DNA of 462 nucleotides, taken from the NCBI RefSeq assembly GCF_003334385.1, contig NZ_QOWN01000179.1. One strand, written 5' to 3'. A program made the position numbers and the translations under genes. Under the pieces are notes generated by a model. The model was not told the origin of the DNA. It did no database searches and saw only the letters and a program-made list of their open reading frames with translations. The stretch comes from Escherichia coli. GTDB lineage: Bacteria; Pseudomonadota; Gammaproteobacteria; Enterobacterales; Enterobacteriaceae. Positions 1-462 of this stretch are shown here, piece by piece (position 1 is the first letter of the stretch; each line of letters opens with the position of its first letter).

Positions 1-16
1 TATTTTCCGAATGCAT
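1..16 (-). CDS. Possible 5-prime end of a leftward-transcribed gene (only the first 5 codons, M-H-S-E-N, are in the window); product unknown
   Basis: Minus-strand ATG (plus-strand CAT at 14..16) is preceded by a perfect AGGAGG Shine-Dalgarno (plus-strand CCTCCT 22..27) with a 5-nt spacer. The open frame runs off the left edge. Too little coding sequence to assess further. Confidence 0.3.
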
Positions 17-21
17 AATGA

Positions 22-27
22 CCTCCT
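22..27 (-). promoter_or_regulatory. Shine-Dalgarno / ribosome-binding site (AGGAGG) for the putative minus-strand start at 16..14
   Basis: Perfect AGGAGG on the minus strand, 5 nt upstream of ATG. The spacer is at the short end of the usual range. Confidence 0.3.
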
Positions 28-46
28 CTGGAATATCCCACCAATG

Positions 47-64
47 CTATAGTGAGTATATAAA
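47..64 (-). promoter_or_regulatory. Sequence resembling a single-subunit (T7/SP6-class) phage RNA polymerase promoter core; function speculative
   Basis: Minus strand reads TTTATATACTCACTATAG (plus 64..47). ACTCACTATAG matches positions -10 to +1 of the T7 class III consensus TAATACGACTCACTATAG exactly, and CACTATAG is the core shared by T7/SP6/K11-type promoters; the upstream block is AT-rich as in those promoters. Positions -11/-12 differ from T7 (T,A instead of G,C). It sits ~31 nt upstream of the SD-ATG on the same strand. Could be chance. Confidence 0.15.
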
Positions 65-79
65 GGTCATACCATCTAC

Positions 80-265
80 ATGTTCTTCGGCAACGATCAT
101 GGAGGCGAGCGCGGAGCTCTGCTGTACGGACTAATCGGGAGCTGTCGGTTGAACGGTATCGATCCAGAAGCGTATCTGCGCCATATCCTGAGCGTACTGC
201 CGGAATGGCCCTCCAACCGTGTTGACGAACTGCTGCCATGGAACGTAGTTTTCACCGATAAATAA
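80..265 (+). pseudogene. IS66-family transposase (TnpC-type DDE transposase), C-terminal fragment only; 3-prime remnant of a gene normally ~500 codons
   Basis: ORF 80..265 translates to MFFGNDHGGERGALLYGLIGSCRLNGIDPEAYLRHILSVLPEWPSNRVDELLPWNVVFTDK. The pattern LF-x-x-x-x-GGER-x-A-x-x-Y-x-LI-x-x-x-(K/R)-LNG-x-DP-x-AYL-x-x-(I/V)L-...-P-x-NR-(V/I)-x-ELLPWN is what I recognise from memory as the conserved C-terminal tail of IS66-family transposases (no search run). The frame is open back to 56 but closed by in-frame TAG (50..52) and TGA (53..55), so the N-terminal ~85% of the protein is absent in this frame. Stop TAA at 263..265. The ATG at 80 is probably an internal Met, not a real start. Confidence 0.8.
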
Positions 266-295
266 GTGTCAATACGGCGCTCTGTTGACGCTTAC
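266..295 (+). repeat. Candidate right terminal inverted repeat (IRR) of the IS66-family element
   Basis: Reverse complement of 266..295 is GTAAGCGTCAACAGAGCGCCGTATTGACAC. It begins with GTAAGCGT, identical to 386..393 on the + strand, and aligns imperfectly with 386..415 beyond that (shared ACAG after a 2-bp indel, shared CCGT further in). IR length is not determinable from this window. Confidence 0.4.
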
Positions 296-296
296 C

Positions 297-389
297 GATA
301 AATATCAGTTCACCTATGACGATGAAAAAATGCTGTCGCTGGCAAAAGAGATGAAAAGCGTGGTTGACAACACATCGAAATATCCGTAA
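297..389 (+). CDS. Candidate 3-prime end of an ORF in the spacer between the two IS-like termini (DKYQFTYDDEKMLSLAKEMKSVVDNTSKYP-stop); product unknown, possibly the tail of an IS-interrupted host gene
   Basis: One + frame is open across the whole 90-bp spacer and terminates at TAA 387..389, which lies inside the GTAAGCG motif. Codon choices (CTG, GAA, AAA, GCA) look like enterobacterial coding sequence, and the overlapping minus-strand ORF has the F/L/I-rich look of an antisense frame. An open frame of this length is not statistically significant alone. Confidence 0.15.
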   Translation, partial: DKYQFTYDDEKMLSLAKEMKSVVDNTSKYP

Positions 390-415
390 GCGTACAGCCT
401 GAACCGTCTGGTCAG
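386..415 (+). repeat. Candidate left terminal inverted repeat (IRL) of a second IS66-like element extending rightward off the window
   Basis: GTAAGCGTACAGCCTGAACCGTCTGGTCAG starts with the same 8-mer as the reverse complement of the putative IRR at 288..295. Orientation is that expected for a left end with the element body to the right. No coding evidence is visible in the remaining 70 bp, so this rests on the terminal motif alone. Confidence 0.25.
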
Positions 416-462
416 AATCTGACGAATTAGACAAAGTGGTGTCCACCAAATAAGTAGTGGGA

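Larger units (their letters stand above)
56..295 (+). mobile_element. Truncated IS66-family insertion sequence, right-hand (3-prime) end only
   Basis: Contains the transposase C-terminal fragment (to 265) followed 30 bp later by ...GTTGACGCTTAC ending at 295, the reverse complement of the GTAAGCG motif that I recall as the conserved IS66-family terminus. The left boundary is uncertain: the frame closes at 50..55 and GC falls to ~38% in 1..79, so the breakpoint lies somewhere in ~50..80. The right boundary at 295 is inferred from the terminal motif only. Confidence 0.55.

Noticed and set aside
80-82. ATG at 80 as a genuine translation start for a 61-aa protein
   Set aside because: The Met falls inside a conserved transposase motif and the frame is open upstream to 56; the only purine-rich stretch upstream (AAGG 62..65) is about 14 nt away, too far for a typical RBS. 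More likely an internal Met of a truncated gene.
155-166. Restriction-type palindromes (ATCGAT at 158..163, GATC at 161..164, GAGCTC at 114..119) within the transposase fragment
   Set aside because: Short 4-6 bp palindromes occur at chance frequency in a window this size; no extended dyad symmetry or repetition to suggest a regulatory role.
316-354. Short + strand ORF MTMKKCCRWQKR (12 aa)
   Set aside because: Very short, no RBS, and overlaps in a different frame the longer open frame that has better codon composition.
438-447. GGTG-TC-CACC short inverted repeat near the right edge as a possible terminator
   Set aside because: Only a 4-bp stem with a 2-nt loop and no following T-run; too weak for an intrinsic terminator.
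252-449. Minus-strand ORF of 65 aa (MVDTTLSNSSDSDQTVQAVRLRIFRCVVNHAFHLFCQRQHFFIVIGELIFIGKRQQSAVLTLIYR)
   Set aside because: Its start is actually TTG (plus-strand CAA at 447..449), not ATG. It spans the putative IS terminus, the spacer and the second terminus and overlaps the transposase stop. Its F/L/I/R-rich composition looks like the antisense of the lysine/glutamate-rich + frame. No recognisable motif.
1-462. CRISPR repeats, tRNA or rRNA genes, or any component of a defence or other multi-gene system
   Set aside because: No repeated unit longer than 11 bp, no spacer-repeat periodicity, no tRNA-like cloverleaf-compatible stretch, and only one recognisable protein fragment (transposase). 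The window is too small and too IS-scarred to support any system-level claim.

Overview
This 462-bp window looks like an insertion-sequence scar, not an intact gene neighbourhood, and I see no evidence of a novel multi-gene system in it. The one well-supported feature is the extreme C-terminal end of an IS66-family transposase on the + strand (80..265, stop TAA 263..265). It is about 61-69 codons of a gene normally around 500 codons, closed upstream by in-frame TAG/TGA at 50..55, with GC dropping from about 54% (80..265) to about 38% (1..79) by hand count. Thirty bp past the stop the sequence reads ...GTTGACGCTTAC (ends 295), which matches my recollection of the IS66-family terminus (5-prime GTAAGCG on the outward-reading strand). 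The same 8-mer, GTAAGCGT, recurs on the + strand at 386..393, so two IS66-like termini face away from each other across a 90-bp spacer (296..385). Other observations are weaker: an open frame in that spacer whose stop lies inside GTAAGCG, an exact 11-bp direct repeat (254..264 and 294..304), and on the minus strand near the left edge a strong Shine-Dalgarno plus ATG leaving the window, preceded by an 11-nt match to the T7/SP6-class phage promoter core. Everything beyond the transposase fragment is low-confidence pattern recognition; no search or alignment was run.
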